DNA of 64,000 nt from Blepharisma stoltei ATCC 30299 (Eukaryota; Protista; Ciliophora): assembly GCA_965603825.1 (NCBI GenBank), contig CBFDEM010000020.1, forward strand, positions 124,001 through 188,000. Direction: 5' to 3'. The notes below the pieces were generated by a model that did not search any database, was not told where the DNA came from, and saw only the letters and a list, made by a program, of their open reading frames with translations. Both the position numbers and the translations under genes were made by a program. Below are positions 48,236-61,061 of this stretch, in pieces. Within the stretch, counting starts at the first letter, position 1. Each line of letters begins with the position of its first letter.

Positions 48236-48448
48236 ATGGGTAATTGCATGGATCCACCTTCGTTAACTCAGCTAAACAAAAAGGAAATCAAGCTTAAGTT
48301 TGACAAAGAAGAAACCGCAATGGGGCCGGAATATCGCCAGAAAACTACTGATGATCAAACACTTAAAGTTCTCACTGCAGAAAAGGCAAGAGCTCCTCAA
48401 CAATCTCGAACATACGAAAAAGGTACTGTTAGGGTATCAGTGTTCTAA
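48236..48448 (+). CDS. 70-aa protein with MGNC N-acylation-like motif
   Basis: aaaaatATG context, GC-richer than flanks, ends TAA. Confidence 0.55.
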   Translation: MGNCMDPPSLTQLNKKEIKLKFDKEETAMGPEYRQKTTDDQTLKVLTAEKARAPQQSRTYEKGTVRVSVF

Positions 48449-48787
48449 GATAAAATATTCTAATAATAACAAATTTCAGCATTTCATTACTTTTGATAAA
48501 TTTGAAAATCTCTCAAGATATTTTAAAATACTAACAGTAAAAGAATATGCTAAATTTTTTTCTGATATCAAAACTATATTCTATATGTATTTCTTTGGAT
48601 AAAATAGAAAATCTTTACAAAATTTGAGACTGCTACATTTAAATTAATAAATTAAAATTTTGTAAGCTCAAGCATATTTTGATTAATGCATAGCATTTTC
48701 TATAAGCATGTCATTTTCTTATAAGAATTTACAATATAATTTTATGCTTTGTTATATGAAATTTCGTTCGTTTTCTTAAAAAATTAA

Positions 48788-49648
48788 ATGGCTTCGAAGC
48801 AAATCAATAGCGATTTACTTATAGCTTCAGAAACAGAGCGAGCAAAAATCAGCGTCCAACGTCAAGAAGAACAAAAAGAAATCATCGCAAAAGTCGCAGA
48901 AGACGCTAGAAGTTTCATTAACCAAAATAAAGCAGATGTAATTTTCACATAGAAAGCTGTAGATTTAGCATTTCGTTGCCTACAAGAGTCCTCACAAATT
49001 TTTGGAGAAGATTCTATAGAGCTGATGCCTCTTTACTTCGAACTTGCCGACGGCAACTTGAAAATCGGTCGAAAAAAGCGTGCTGAAGGCTTTTTAATTG
49101 GAGGCCGCTGGACGTTACTTAAGCATCAGCCTAGTGAAAACGAAAAAACTGAAGAAAACAAAGAATTCGAAAAAAGAGTTTCCAAGCTTAGGTCACGTCT
49201 ATTGAAAAGTTTTGGGTTTCTATTTACAGAAATTGGAAATTATCATGATGCTCTTGGCTCATTAACAGAAAATATTTATTTGGAAAGCCTAGATAAAGGA
49301 CCTGAGCATTATTCGATATCAGGGTCATATTACCTTATGGGGAATATCTTTTTACAACAGCAGAAAAAAGAAGAAGCCTTGAGTTTTTATAATCAAATGA
49401 ATTTGACGTGGAAAAAATTTTTAGATAATACTGAAGATCAAGAATCTTCAGGAATAAAAAAGGTAGAAATCGAGCAAGCCTGCAATGAATTAAATGAGGT
49501 CTTAACATTTGTGGAAAAGCACCTAGGAGATGATAGCGATATGCATGCAGAAATAAGAAATACATTATCAAGGCTTTATGACTATATTAATGAAATTGAT
49601 AAAAAAGAGCATAGAGCTAGCCATCTTGAAGAAAATGACGAAGAATAA
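48788..49648 (+). CDS. TPR protein resembling the ZMYND12 C-terminal region
   Basis: FGEDSIELMPLYFELADGNL, IYLESLDKGPEH..GSYYLMGNIF; intron 48938-48952. Confidence 0.75.
48938..48952 (+). other. 15-nt intron
   Basis: gtaattttcacatag. Confidence 0.85.
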
Positions 49649-49693
49649 ATAATAATTTGTTTAAAATACTTGTTTAAATTTATTAAAAGTTGA

Positions 49694-52600
49694 TTAGGCA
49701 TTTTGTAATTTTTCAAGCAAATATTTCGACTCTTGTGGACCTGTGTGCAAAATTAAGTTCCTAAAAAGTGAATTTTCAACTGCAACAAGCTCCTTAGGAC
49801 TTCCCATTTCTTTACAAGTCCCTTCTTCCATCACGACTATTAAATCGACATCAATTATTGTCCTTAGTCTATGTGCAACAATAAGCATGGTATTTTTAGA
49901 AAACATAGTCTTTACTTTTTCATGGACAATTCTATCAGTTTTAGGGTCAACATTTGCAGTGGCTTCATCCATCATCACAATTTTGCTATTTCGGATCAGT
50001 GCTCGGGCAAGGCAAACTAGCTGTTTTTCTCCAGCGGATAAGCTGGATTCTCTTCCTGATAACATTGTGTCAAGCTTATTAGGGAGTGCTTGGACTACTT
50101 CATAAATATCAGACTGCTTGCAGATATTTAAAATTTCTTCATCTGTGTGCTCATGAAATGGGTCTATATTGTCTCTAAAAGTAGCCATAAAAATGATAGG
50201 GGATTGAGGAATAACTGACATTTGTCTTCTCAATTGATGAAGGCCAGCATTTATATAATCTTGGCCATCTATAAGGATAGTCCCAAATGTAGGGTTAACT
50301 AGCCTAAACAGCACGTTCATTATTGAAGATTTCCCTGAGCCAGTTCTCCCTACAATTCCTACCTTTTGTCCAGCTTCAATAGTAATATTCAAATCATGAA
50401 GCGCAAAAGGATAATTGTCTCGATATTTCATAAATAAATTTTGGATTTTAATTTTCCCATGGGTAATTTCAAATGGCGTATCAGTCTCAAACGCTCCTTC
50501 AGGCTGCATATCAGCATATTCCATAAGTCTCTGTGGCGAAATCATTAAAACTTCTACTTCAATCATGGTATCTCCCCATGAAGTTGTAGGCTGCATAGCT
50601 AAAACTAAGAAACATATGCATAAAGCTGCTAAATCCTCAGTTATAAAATCCCTCCACCCCACAAGTATAAAAGCACACATAATGCATAATAGGACTAAGA
50701 AAATTTCCATATAAAACTGATAGAATCTGAATGGAATATCTCTGCTGAACTCACAGCGGCAATTGTATTCTAGGGACACTTTCATGTCATAGATAAATTT
50801 TTGTTGAAGTTCGTGAGATCTTATGGTGACAATTCCATGTAAGGTTGAGTTGGCAAGGCTTAAGATTGGGCTTTTAGATACTAAGGTTAGGCCGCCGAGG
50901 TCTTTGACCATTGGTATGATGAGCTTAGAAAATCATATAGTGACCAATAAGTATATTAATACTAGAGCTGCAGCTGGAGGAATGAGGATGGAAATAGAAA
51001 TGAGAAGGCCCCATATATCGAAAGCTTGGTTTACAAAATAGTAAAACATGCCATGTAATAATTCATCAATCATAAATGTATCCTTTGAAAACCGATTGAT
51101 CATTCTTCCAGTCTGATTTTTATCAAAGAACACAGTTGAAGTTTTCACCATGCTTTCCAAAGCTTTATTGTGTAAATTCTTTCCTGCAATTGTCATGCCA
51201 TAGCTCAATATCCAGCAACGCAAAAATGAACAAAAATAGCATATACTTACAATTATTGCATAAAACCACACATAATAAGTATCTTCCTGCTCAGAATCAG
51301 ATTGTGCTGACCATACTGTAAGCCAATATATGACAGCGATACTTGCTATTTGCGTTATCACCAATACAAGTAATACCAAAACAAGCACAAAGTTATATTT
51401 ATAGCCATATATAAAAAACTGGTGATAAGTGTTTAGTGATATTGGAGGCAGGTCTTTTTCTTCATCTGCTATTGATGAAATAGACTCTGATTTGATTTCT
51501 TTTACATAAACAGAATAGTCAACTTCTTTCTTTTCTACGCTATCAGTCATTTGTTTTAATTCTCCAACGAAGTCTTCTATATCCGCTCTTCCTTGGAATT
51601 CTTGATATGTACCAAAAAATATCTGTTTTCCTTGGTTTAAAATTAAGAGTTTATCAGCTTCTGAAATGAGATGGATTTGGTGGGTCACTAAAATAACAGT
51701 TTTATTTTTCAAATAATCTTTAATGCAATTTTTGAAAATAAATGAGCTCACTTCAGAATCAACTGCACTCAAAGGATCATCAAGAAGAATAACATCTCTA
51801 TTAGCATATAATATTCTCGCAAGGCTTATTCTAGCTTTTTGTCCTCCACTTAATGTGATTCCATTGTCTCCAACGATTGTTTCATCTTTATTTGCAAAAT
51901 TATCAAGATCTATTTCTAGCATGCACATTTTTATAACATTTTTATAGAGCTCTTCAATATATTCTTTATCCATTATGATGTTTGCTTTTATAGTGCCTGA
52001 TAAAATTCATGGATCTTGGGCAGAATAAGAGGCTTTCCCATTTATTTTTACTTGTCCATTTGATTTAAATAATTCATCCAATAGTCCAAGTAATAAGCTG
52101 CTTTTTCCACTTCCAACTTGTCCTACAACAATCAATAATTCTCCTTTTTTGAGCTCAAAATTTATATCAGTCAGTACATCATTATCTATATTGTCTTTAT
52201 TTATAGGATTTTCTTCAGTAGTTTCCTGATTTTCTTTTTTCGATATATAAGAAAAACTAGCATTTTTCACTGACACAGAAAAATCAGGATTTTCTGGGTT
52301 TTCTTTGTCACTATTTTTTTCACTTAATAATAAAATTTGTGTTAGACGCTCCATTGATAGCACTATTGTAGCAGCACTATATGCTGCATTTACACCCATT
52401 TTTGTAACTAAGCAATAAACTATACACATTGTTGCAACAACGCAAAATACAGTGCTAACTTCTAATGAATCGCCTAAGTGAACATAAAGTGCAAACGTTA
52501 TAAGCAAGATTATTCCGATTCCAGAAACTCCTATAGAGTTATTTAATGAATTCGCAGCATATTCCTTATTTTGCTCTTTAATTTCTTTTGATCTTTCCAT

Positions 52601-53455
52601 ATATATCAGTCTTAAAAATGGCTCTTCCCATCCATACAACTTAACAACTCTAATACCTTCTATTATGTTCGTAATCATCACAATTCTTCTATCCCCATAA
52701 GTAGAAGATTTCATTCTATAATAGCTTGACATGCTTGATAACAAGACTGCTACTGGAAAATGAAGAATTAATACAGCCAAACCAATAATCCCAGCCCATC
52801 CTGTAAGAATGCCAATAATCAAAAATGCACCTATAAAAATAAATGGGCATCCTGCTATCATTCCTAAGGTAGTAATTCCACTAAAATATTCTAAATCAGC
52901 TGCTATTGTATTCGGCAATTTCCCTTTATAATCCTTTTGTGAAATTTCTTCAAATGATGTATTTAGGACCTTTTTATAAACAATATATGGCACTATTGAT
53001 TTTATTTTTATAGTAAGCAACCTCAAATAAAAAGCTCCTAGCGCAAATAGTGAAACACTCAAAATCGCTGCAATACCCAAGCATGCAACCAGTCATATAC
53101 CTTCCATAGTATAACTATCATCAGTAAAAAAATCTATCAAAAAAATCATAATAACAGCTTGAGCAAGCCCAAGAATCTGCCCAATATTTAAATAAAAGGA
53201 GTATTTTGTAAATTCCCACCAAACAGTCCTTACCAGGGCATTGAGAAATTTCGGATTTGGTTTTCTTGTTTCAGTATCCCACTCTTTTTCTAATGTTAAC
53301 AATGACTCTTCAAAATTAAATCTATCAGGTATTTTTAGAATATTTGAATGGCTTGGCTTATTTTTTTTCCAAAAATTTATTGTTTGGAATGCTCATATCA
53401 TTCATAAATCAGTAAAAAAATTTCCTTTGTCATAATCAAATTTTGGCTCTGCCAT
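49694..53455 (-). CDS. ABCC/MRP4-type full ABC transporter
   Basis: Four track ORFs share one frame joined by TGA (QDP-W-IL); GQVGSGKS, LSGGQ, GRTGSGKS, LSAGE, DEAT. Confidence 0.93.
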
Positions 53456-54022
53456 TTAATAAAGCTATTAACGGATATTTTATAGCAATTAATATTTTGG
53501 GAGTCTTTAAAAAATTAAAAATTATTCTTATATATAAAAAAGTTAGCTCAATAGGCTTGAATGTGTTAAGATTATTAAATAGCATAATTTTTTTTATAAA
53601 GTTTTAAGGACTTTCTAATTAAAATAAGAGAAATAAATTGATCAGATTCAGTTTTGACATATATGAATAAATCTTATTATGGTATCTTCAAAAATACTTC
53701 ATTATTAGTCTTTTATAATTAAAGTGGGATTCAACTTTAATAAAAAAATAAAAATTATGAATAATCTTATGCAGAAATATTTAAAATATTTCAAGAAAAT
53801 GCCAAAATTTTAACTAATATCTTTTAAAAATATTAGATTTAGATTTTAGATTTCATTATAAAAATTTCCCAATTTAATCTATTTGAGCAGAAATAATAAA
53901 AGACTGAATGAGATATAAATTAAACTCTTTAAAATTTTAATTATGTTTAAATAAAAATTATTTATATCATCTCTAAAATAGGCTTATGGGTTTTCAAGAT
54001 ACGCTAAGATATATTTTTATAT

Positions 54023-54901
54023 ATGGAGATATCAGAAATCGAAGCTCAGCTGAAGGAGATATTCGCTAATATCACTAAAGATTCTTATTTACTCCGTCTG
54101 CAGCGAATTCTTACTTCAGAAGAAACCGTAAAATTGATAAAATCTTATCCATCAGCAAAAAATCTTTTGGATATGATTTATGAAAATTTGCAGAAATCTT
54201 TATTACCATCAAGTCTATACAGTTTAATCCTATCACTTTCTTCTCATATTCCTAGATATCAAGCTGAAATAGGAAGAGCAAGATCAATTCACGATTTAAA
54301 AGGTAACTTTTTATGGTACGAGCAAGGATGCAAAGAATTATTCAACTCACCTAATAAAACACTAAAAAGGCTAAACTTATTCCATTTGATGGATACCCGC
54401 AGTAAAAGATATTTATACATGAAACACGGAAAATATCTTTTGCAAGATACCAAACAGAAAGTAATCACTTATATGCTGAGTGATAGAAAAACCACTCTCA
54501 GCAGCAGAGTTACGATGATAATCTACAGTTATGAAGGGAAAAATAAAGAAGCGTTATTATTCGAAACTAGAAAATCTAAACATTTGATTGCTAATCATAG
54601 TGAAAAACATGAAGAAAAAGCATTTGAAGAAAGACATGCAAGTCATAGTCAAAGTCCTATAATATTTTATGCTGACGCTACTTTATTTACCCCTTCGGTA
54701 TTATCTGCTCAAATTGATAAAGAAATAAGTTTATTCAAAAACTCTCAAGGCTTTTTTACAATCACTGATAGTGAAAATTTATGGACGAGAGATACTATAA
54801 GACCCGAAGACTTATCCTTTACCTCCCCTGATTTTCAGCCGGATTTCAAATTGCCTTGCAAAAGGAGCATGAGCAATATCATAATAAGTGAATTTTATTA
54901 A
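54023..54901 (+). CDS. Hypothetical protein with PAS-like segment
   Basis: 292-aa ORF; SIHDLKGNFLWYEQGCKELFN..LNLFHLM resembles a PAS core. Confidence 0.65.
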   Translation: MEISEIEAQLKEIFANITKDSYLLRLQRILTSEETVKLIKSYPSAKNLLDMIYENLQKSLLPSSLYSLILSLSSHIPRYQAEIGRARSIHDLKGNFLWYEQGCKELFNSPNKTLKRLNLFHLMDTRSKRYLYMKHGKYLLQDTKQKVITYMLSDRKTTLSSRVTMIIYSYEGKNKEALLFETRKSKHLIANHSEKHEEKAFEERHASHSQSPIIFYADATLFTPSVLSAQIDKEISLFKNSQGFFTITDSENLWTRDTIRPEDLSFTSPDFQPDFKLPCKRSMSNIIISEFY

Positions 54902-54925
54902 TTCTTGAGTAAAATTAATTTATTG

Positions 54926-56311
54926 CTATTTAATATCATTACCTTCCTCTTCTTGCATAACTTGCATTGCAGCTTCCAAAATTTCATTATTTTCTTCTCC
55001 TTTTGCAATGCTTCCTCTGGCTGGGTCATTTCTCACAATATTTTTTTGTTTAATTATGTCGCTTTCAAACGTGATGCTTTGGAATTTTTTTACATTTCTC
55101 TCGCTTCTAGGCGTTCTTTCTCCTATTCCTATAGGCTCTACACTGGTAAACTCTATGATGACTACAGAAATATCATCAATCATTACGTCTTCTTCTTCAA
55201 CTACCCCAAACCACCTATGCCTTGCTTCTTCACATAGTAATCTTGCTATAGTTGAGTTAGAGATTTTTGATGGGTAATCATCTGCGGGAAATCCTTTGGT
55301 AATTCCTCTGAATTTTTCTACAAAATTTATCACTTCTTGGTTGTCCATGACGTCTCAGAGGCCATCTGAAGCAAGAATTACAAATTGGTCACTTTCCGGG
55401 TAAAATTCAAAACTGTTGCAGATTGGGGTGGAACTGACACCTATTTCATGAGCTACAGTGTCACCAATAGACCTTGACATTGCGAGGCCTGGATAGTTTC
55501 CACGTTTAAGCCAAACCCTATATGGGCCGACAGGCTGCCCGGCTTCATCTGTGATTTTTTCGACGACGCCGCCAGCTGCTGTAATCCTTTTAAGCTCTTC
55601 AACGTGATTAGGCTTTTGATCTACTGTAATTGTAACAGGCGATAATAATCTTAAAGGTATTACTTTGTTTGATCATTTAGATGGAATTTTATGCTCTATG
55701 TGCTGGGGCTTGATTTTTGTGCCTTCTCGAGGTAAAGTCGCTAATATAGCTCTTGAGTCTCCTACGCTTCCAGCGTGGATTGCAGTAGAGTTTAAAACCA
55801 CAATAACTGCAGTTGTGCCAGATAAGCTTGTGACAATTCCACTCATATTCAAGCTGTCGTCACATTCTTGAACCATTTCAATTATCCCATCAATTGGATT
55901 TTTTTCGAATTTTATGAAATTTTCAGTGAAAAAGTTTACCATATAATCTTTGCAGAAGTTTGCGATTTTTTGCCCTTCTTTACCGTGTCCATCAAACAAA
56001 ACTGCTAAAATGGTATCATCTTTGTATAGAAATGTGTATGTATCTTGACATTCCTTAGAAATTTCTCCGCGCGGGTCAAGTCCTGGGATAACACACCCAG
56101 TCATACGTATAGGAATTTTTCCGACGGTGCAGACTAAGGTTTCCTGATGAATTGGCGCTAGTAATTCAAATTTCACGGCCTGGCTCCCATTAATTCTTCC
56201 AATATTGTCTTTGCTAATAATATGGATAGATTGGTGTTTTTGATATTCTGGATCTATGTTAGAAGTCGCCACCAAATTCTGAGCGCTTGGATTGAGACAA
56301 CAGTTTCCCAT
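54926..56311 (-). CDS. PP2C/PPM phosphatase with MGNCC acylation motif
   Basis: CQD, FDGHG, SGTTA, VGDSRA, DQKP, GLAMSRSIGD, ASDGL-W(TGA)-DVM, DDISV. Confidence 0.93.
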
Positions 56312-56633
56312 TCTTTTTACTATCTAATTCATATTGAATTTTTAATGATAAGTCTATTAAAAGCATAAATGCCAGAAATTAAAATCTATTTTGCATTATA
56401 GCCAAATCTTATTTAAATATGAATTTTCTCTAATAAATGCTGAGATAAATAGCTATCCATATACATAAAATTAAATGATAGCAAACACATAAATCCTAGA
56501 AGACGTTTATAATAATAAATAAAGCATTGAAAATAAAAATTAAGCAGAATTTATATCTCAGAACACTCTCTAAAACTCAATATTTATTGAAGAATTATTC
56601 AAGATAATCAATATATAAAAACGAAGTTAAAGA

Positions 56634-57518
56634 TTAATTCACTGACCCCTCAAAAATCGTGGAGAACAGTGAAAATCCCAACATTTGCTTCACGTTAAAC
56701 TCGTCATCGTTCAGCATTTCTCTGCACTTAAGCCCAATTCCATCAATCGGCATGCTGAGGACATAGCCCTTTGGATCTCTATCGAAAACTTTATACTCGA
56801 ACGTAGGATGGTGTTTCCTGTATTCCTCCATTTTATGTCTTGCATAATGAGCATCACCAGCTACTTCTCCGCTGTAGTCAATTCACTCAATTTTATATTC
56901 ATCCCAGTGGTGAAATCCTTCTAGAGTTTTTCTTGCTGAAGAATGGCTGCTGAATTCAAGGATCGCATAGTACCCCTCTTTAGTCCCAATTTCTTCGGTC
57001 CCCAATTTAACGCTTAAAATACGTAGCGTATTGGAAAACAGTGAGTAAACAAAATCACTGTTATCTTCCTTTTTAAGACCGGAAAGCTTCAGACTTTTAT
57101 TCAAACAGTTGCCCGTGGTAACTATTTGTTTTTTTAAAGTGTTGTAAAGGTTTTCGAACCTTTCTGCATCATTTTTAAACAGATGTCTATATTTGTCTAA
57201 TAAGTCACAAGCTTCTTGCGTTTTTCCACGCTGGTGGAGAAGACTTGCCAAGTCCTTGATGGCGCTTTCGCAGCGCTCTCCACTTTCTATTGTTAGCTTG
57301 TAGAAATGCTCAGCTTTATCCAGATCTCGCTCTTTGTATTCAGCAAGTTTGGCTAAAGCATAAGGCGTGTCACCTTTTGGGATTGGGAGAGGATCATTCT
57401 GGTCTCTGTTGTGGTTCAGGTCAACATCATTATTCGGAACCTTTTTAGAGATTTTCTTTGGTGCAGAAGGTTTGGATGGCTGCTTCTTGATTGTTTTTGC
57501 ATTTGCTTTCCCTGCCAT
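56634..57518 (-). CDS. MS5/SDI1-type TPR + RRM-like protein
   Basis: GDTPYALAKLAEYKERD..AE.FYK.TI.SGERCESAIKDLASLLHQRG; SLKLSGL..YAILEFSSHSSARKTL; TGA 56883. Confidence 0.75.
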
Positions 57519-58160
57519 TCTGAATTTAAGTTTTACTAAATAATTATTATAAACATTAATTTCAACAGCTGAATGGAGGATTAGGTATATGGAGGAATAA
57601 TGTACCGGCAATGGAGCTGGCTGTTGCAAATTTGGATAAAAATGGCTTGAATAGATAAAACGTGATTTCAAGTTAAAATGCTCAAAAAAATGTGATAGAG
57701 ATTAGAATTATTAGAATTAATTACTAAATTTTACTTCGGTTTGATATTTAATTTAAATTAGATAAGTAGCTGATAAGTGGTTTATATTGCTTATAAAATT
57801 TATTTTTTATATTTAATAAAGGAGCCTTAGAGATGATTGTCTAATTTTTTGAATTCTTATTTGTGTTGATTGATTATATTTTAGGTTGCAACGACTCAAA
57901 TTAACAGAAAATTTAATAAATTCGTTATATCATTTTGGCAAGAACTCATCAATAAAAAGGATTTAATAATAATTAAACTCAAAGCCTTGTTAAATTTATT
58001 AAAGATATGAGCGAAATTATTAATCCAAATTCTTATCAGCTAATAATTAACCTTTAATTTTGAATGAAGAAGCCAGCAATCTGGCCACAATTTTTAGGAT
58101 TATTATGTACTTCTTACTGGTTTTTAATATGAGCTTAGATTTAATAACTCGTAGTTTTTT

Positions 58161-58216
58161 GATATAAATAAATAAGATTTATTTAATTTAGATATAAAAT
58201 AAGATTTATTTAATTT
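58161..58216. repeat. Imperfect ~28-bp AT-rich direct repeat
   Basis: gatataaa(ta)aataagatttatttaattt occurs twice. Confidence 0.5.
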
Positions 58217-58325
58217 TAATTTAATAAGTTCATTTTAATATTTTTAGCTTGATGTAAATTATAGTCTTCAATATTTTCAGTTCATTTTGCACAATAATTA
58301 TAAAATAAATTAAGAGAATAAAATC

Positions 58326-58973
58326 ATGGCAAAGATAACTAAACTAACAGAAGCTCACTTAAAAACAATTCAAGACAATGAAACAGCCATTAAGCAAGCA
58401 ATTGACCCAACTGCTATAAGAAATGAAAAGTTGCTAAATTTTCAAGACATAGATGCAATTAATACTAAAACTGACGATAAATCTACCGATAGAAGTAATT
58501 CTGCAAGAAAAAATATCGTCACACGAGCCATTCGGAGAGCTGAAAGTTTACAATCCTCTCCTAAATCCCAAAAATCCCCATCAAAATTTTCAGTGGACAT
58601 CATAAATACATCGCCATCTCCTCGTAAGTCTACACAATTCTCAACAGAAGGCACTCCAAAAAATATATTTGGATATAGAAGGGCAGAAGATATTGAGCAG
58701 GAATATGAAGAATTATACAAAAACTATACAGAAGAAGAAGTTAAAAGAGATGAACATATACAAGCTTTAACAAGGCAGCTGAATGAAATTAAAGAAAAAT
58801 ACGAAAAACTGGTAAAAGATGGGGAAAATGAAAGAAAAAAGAGAAAAATAAGCGAGGAGGGCGTCAGTTATGAAGAAATATTTGGAGATATTGAAAAATC
58901 TCAACAGGAGGCCTCAAAATTTATTTCTGAAATTCAAAATATTGAATCAAGAATACAGAAATGCCCTTATTAG
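58326..58973 (+). CDS. Hypothetical coiled-coil protein
   Basis: 215-aa ORF ending in TAG. Confidence 0.7.
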   Translation: MAKITKLTEAHLKTIQDNETAIKQAIDPTAIRNEKLLNFQDIDAINTKTDDKSTDRSNSARKNIVTRAIRRAESLQSSPKSQKSPSKFSVDIINTSPSPRKSTQFSTEGTPKNIFGYRRAEDIEQEYEELYKNYTEEEVKRDEHIQALTRQLNEIKEKYEKLVKDGENERKKRKISEEGVSYEEIFGDIEKSQQEASKFISEIQNIESRIQKCPY

Positions 58974-59065
58974 TTAAGAATTTTTAATAATCAATTAAAA
59001 TAATTGCAGATTTCCATAATAAGCAGTAGCATCTGATATAAAAATGCTTTTGAAATTTTTTATAA

Positions 59066-60976
59066 ATGGAGAGATTATACATCGTAATTATATTGGCTTT
59101 CTTTATGATTATTCCAATTTGGTTCATAGGGTACAGTATCAGACGCTGTATAAGGCACTGACATGATGGTATCGACCGAACTCAGACCATTACAAAGAAT
59201 TTAGTGATTAAATATATTTGCAATATATCCTCAGCAATTTTTAACCTTATTCATGTATTCTATATAGTGCCTTGTGATATTTATGAAATTGACGAAAAAA
59301 CTGCCAGGATTATTTTCTTTACCTGCTTAGGGATTTCATGGCTTTTTAGTTTATACTTAGTAAATTTTGAGCATCGGCGTAGATTACTTACGACTTGGTA
59401 TGGACTCAGAAGTTTTTGGCCGATAAATATGCTTTTACAGATGTGCTTTACGATTTTCATCCTGCTTGACCCAAGAGAAAACAGTGAAATGCTGCAAGAA
59501 TGAAAAATAGCAAGCTTCGTAATGGGTTGATGTGCCTCAACAATATTATCGCTGTACTCGTTTTTCAAGCCAAATGAATTTACAGTTATTTACCTAGAGC
59601 CTTTGCTATTTCAAACTCATAACAATAATATTGCAGGTAGGCAAAACTCTAAAAGGCGGTCAGTAATAGCACTTGAAGAGCTTGAAACAAAGCTTATTAC
59701 GACGTCAATCAAAGAATGCAAAGTAAAAACAGAAAAAAATCGTCAAGTTGTGTATTATCATATTATTGTTACAGTAGGAAACGACACCCATACAGTAAGA
59801 AAGACATACCCTGACTTTGAATGTTTACACAACAGCTTACGAGAAAAATTCCCTAAAACTGAATACCCGAACTTAGAATTCCCAAAATTCCCTATGACAA
59901 TGAGTGGGTCTGCTAAAATTGATGAAAGAAAGCATGCACTCGATGAATATTTAGGAAATTTATGTTTCCCTGAATTTATGATAGATGATTTTTTGAATTT
60001 TTTACATATAGAAGGCCAGGGAAGAACAACCTGCATAGAAGCTCACAAAAAAATAATGGGTGAAGAAAGAAGACCAAGCATTATAAGCGACACTATTGCA
60101 AGTAACCATGGATCTTTTGCTGCTTATTATTTTAGTCCTCGAGATTTTTTAAAAGATGATGCAGAACAGCGAAAATTAAATAATTATCAGCTGCAATCAT
60201 ATATTAATTTAAGAATCGTCAAATGGGTTGAAGAAAAAGAACATATAGAGTATATTATTCAGTGGAAAGCTGTTAAACTTGCAGGGGAAGGAGTTGTTAT
60301 GAAAAGGTATAGCGAAATTTGGGATCTTCATAGAAGGCTTAGAAAAATATTAGCCCCTGCGGGGCTTCCAAGTTTCCCTAAAAAGAACTATATGCAGACT
60401 CTCCGAAAAAAAGACAATGAAGCGATTGATATTAGGAAGATAGAGCTAGAAAACTATTTAGGGCACATATTAAATGATCCTGCATATATTTGCCAAGAAC
60501 TCTTGGATTTCATTGAGTGTAAACTTACTATTGAATCCCTATGAAAATGCAATAATACGGAGTGATCATATTTATTGTATACGCCCATATCATGGGATAA
60601 TGAACTTGATAAGGATTCTCATTTTATAATATATACTCTTAAATTCGGGAAATTTGAGAAATCTAAAAAAATTGACGAATGGACAGTAAAAAGGAGGTAT
60701 AAAGACTTTGACCAGCTTAATAATTTCTTAATCAAACGCTCCTCAAGTCCTATGCTTAACAACTATTTAAACGTCAGAAATAACTGGAAACTTATAAAGC
60801 AAACTGAATCTACTTTTCCAGTACTTCCAGGAAAATCGTTAACACCTCTGAGTTCTCCAAAAGAAATCGATAATCGCAGACAGGGGCTTGAAGCATTTTT
60901 AGAAGGTTTACTTACAATCCCTTCAGTTATTGACGCTTTTGAGTTTAAATCATTTATAAATGATTGTGAAGGATAA
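59066..60976 (+). CDS. Multi-pass membrane protein with three PX domains
   Basis: N-terminal TM bundle; RKTYPDFECLH..FPKFP, KRYSEIWDLH..PSFPKK, RRYKDFDQL..PVLPGK; several TGA=Trp. Confidence 0.85.
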
Positions 60977-61061
60977 GTATTTGTAAAATCTAGTAAATAA
61001 TAATAGATTGGATAATAAAGAAAAAATCCTATAATTTCTTATCCTTACGAAATAATTTAAA

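Noticed and set aside
58161-58216. AT-rich direct repeat as an IES or transposon footprint
   Set aside because: Low complexity, no terminal inverted repeats; cannot be judged without germline reads.
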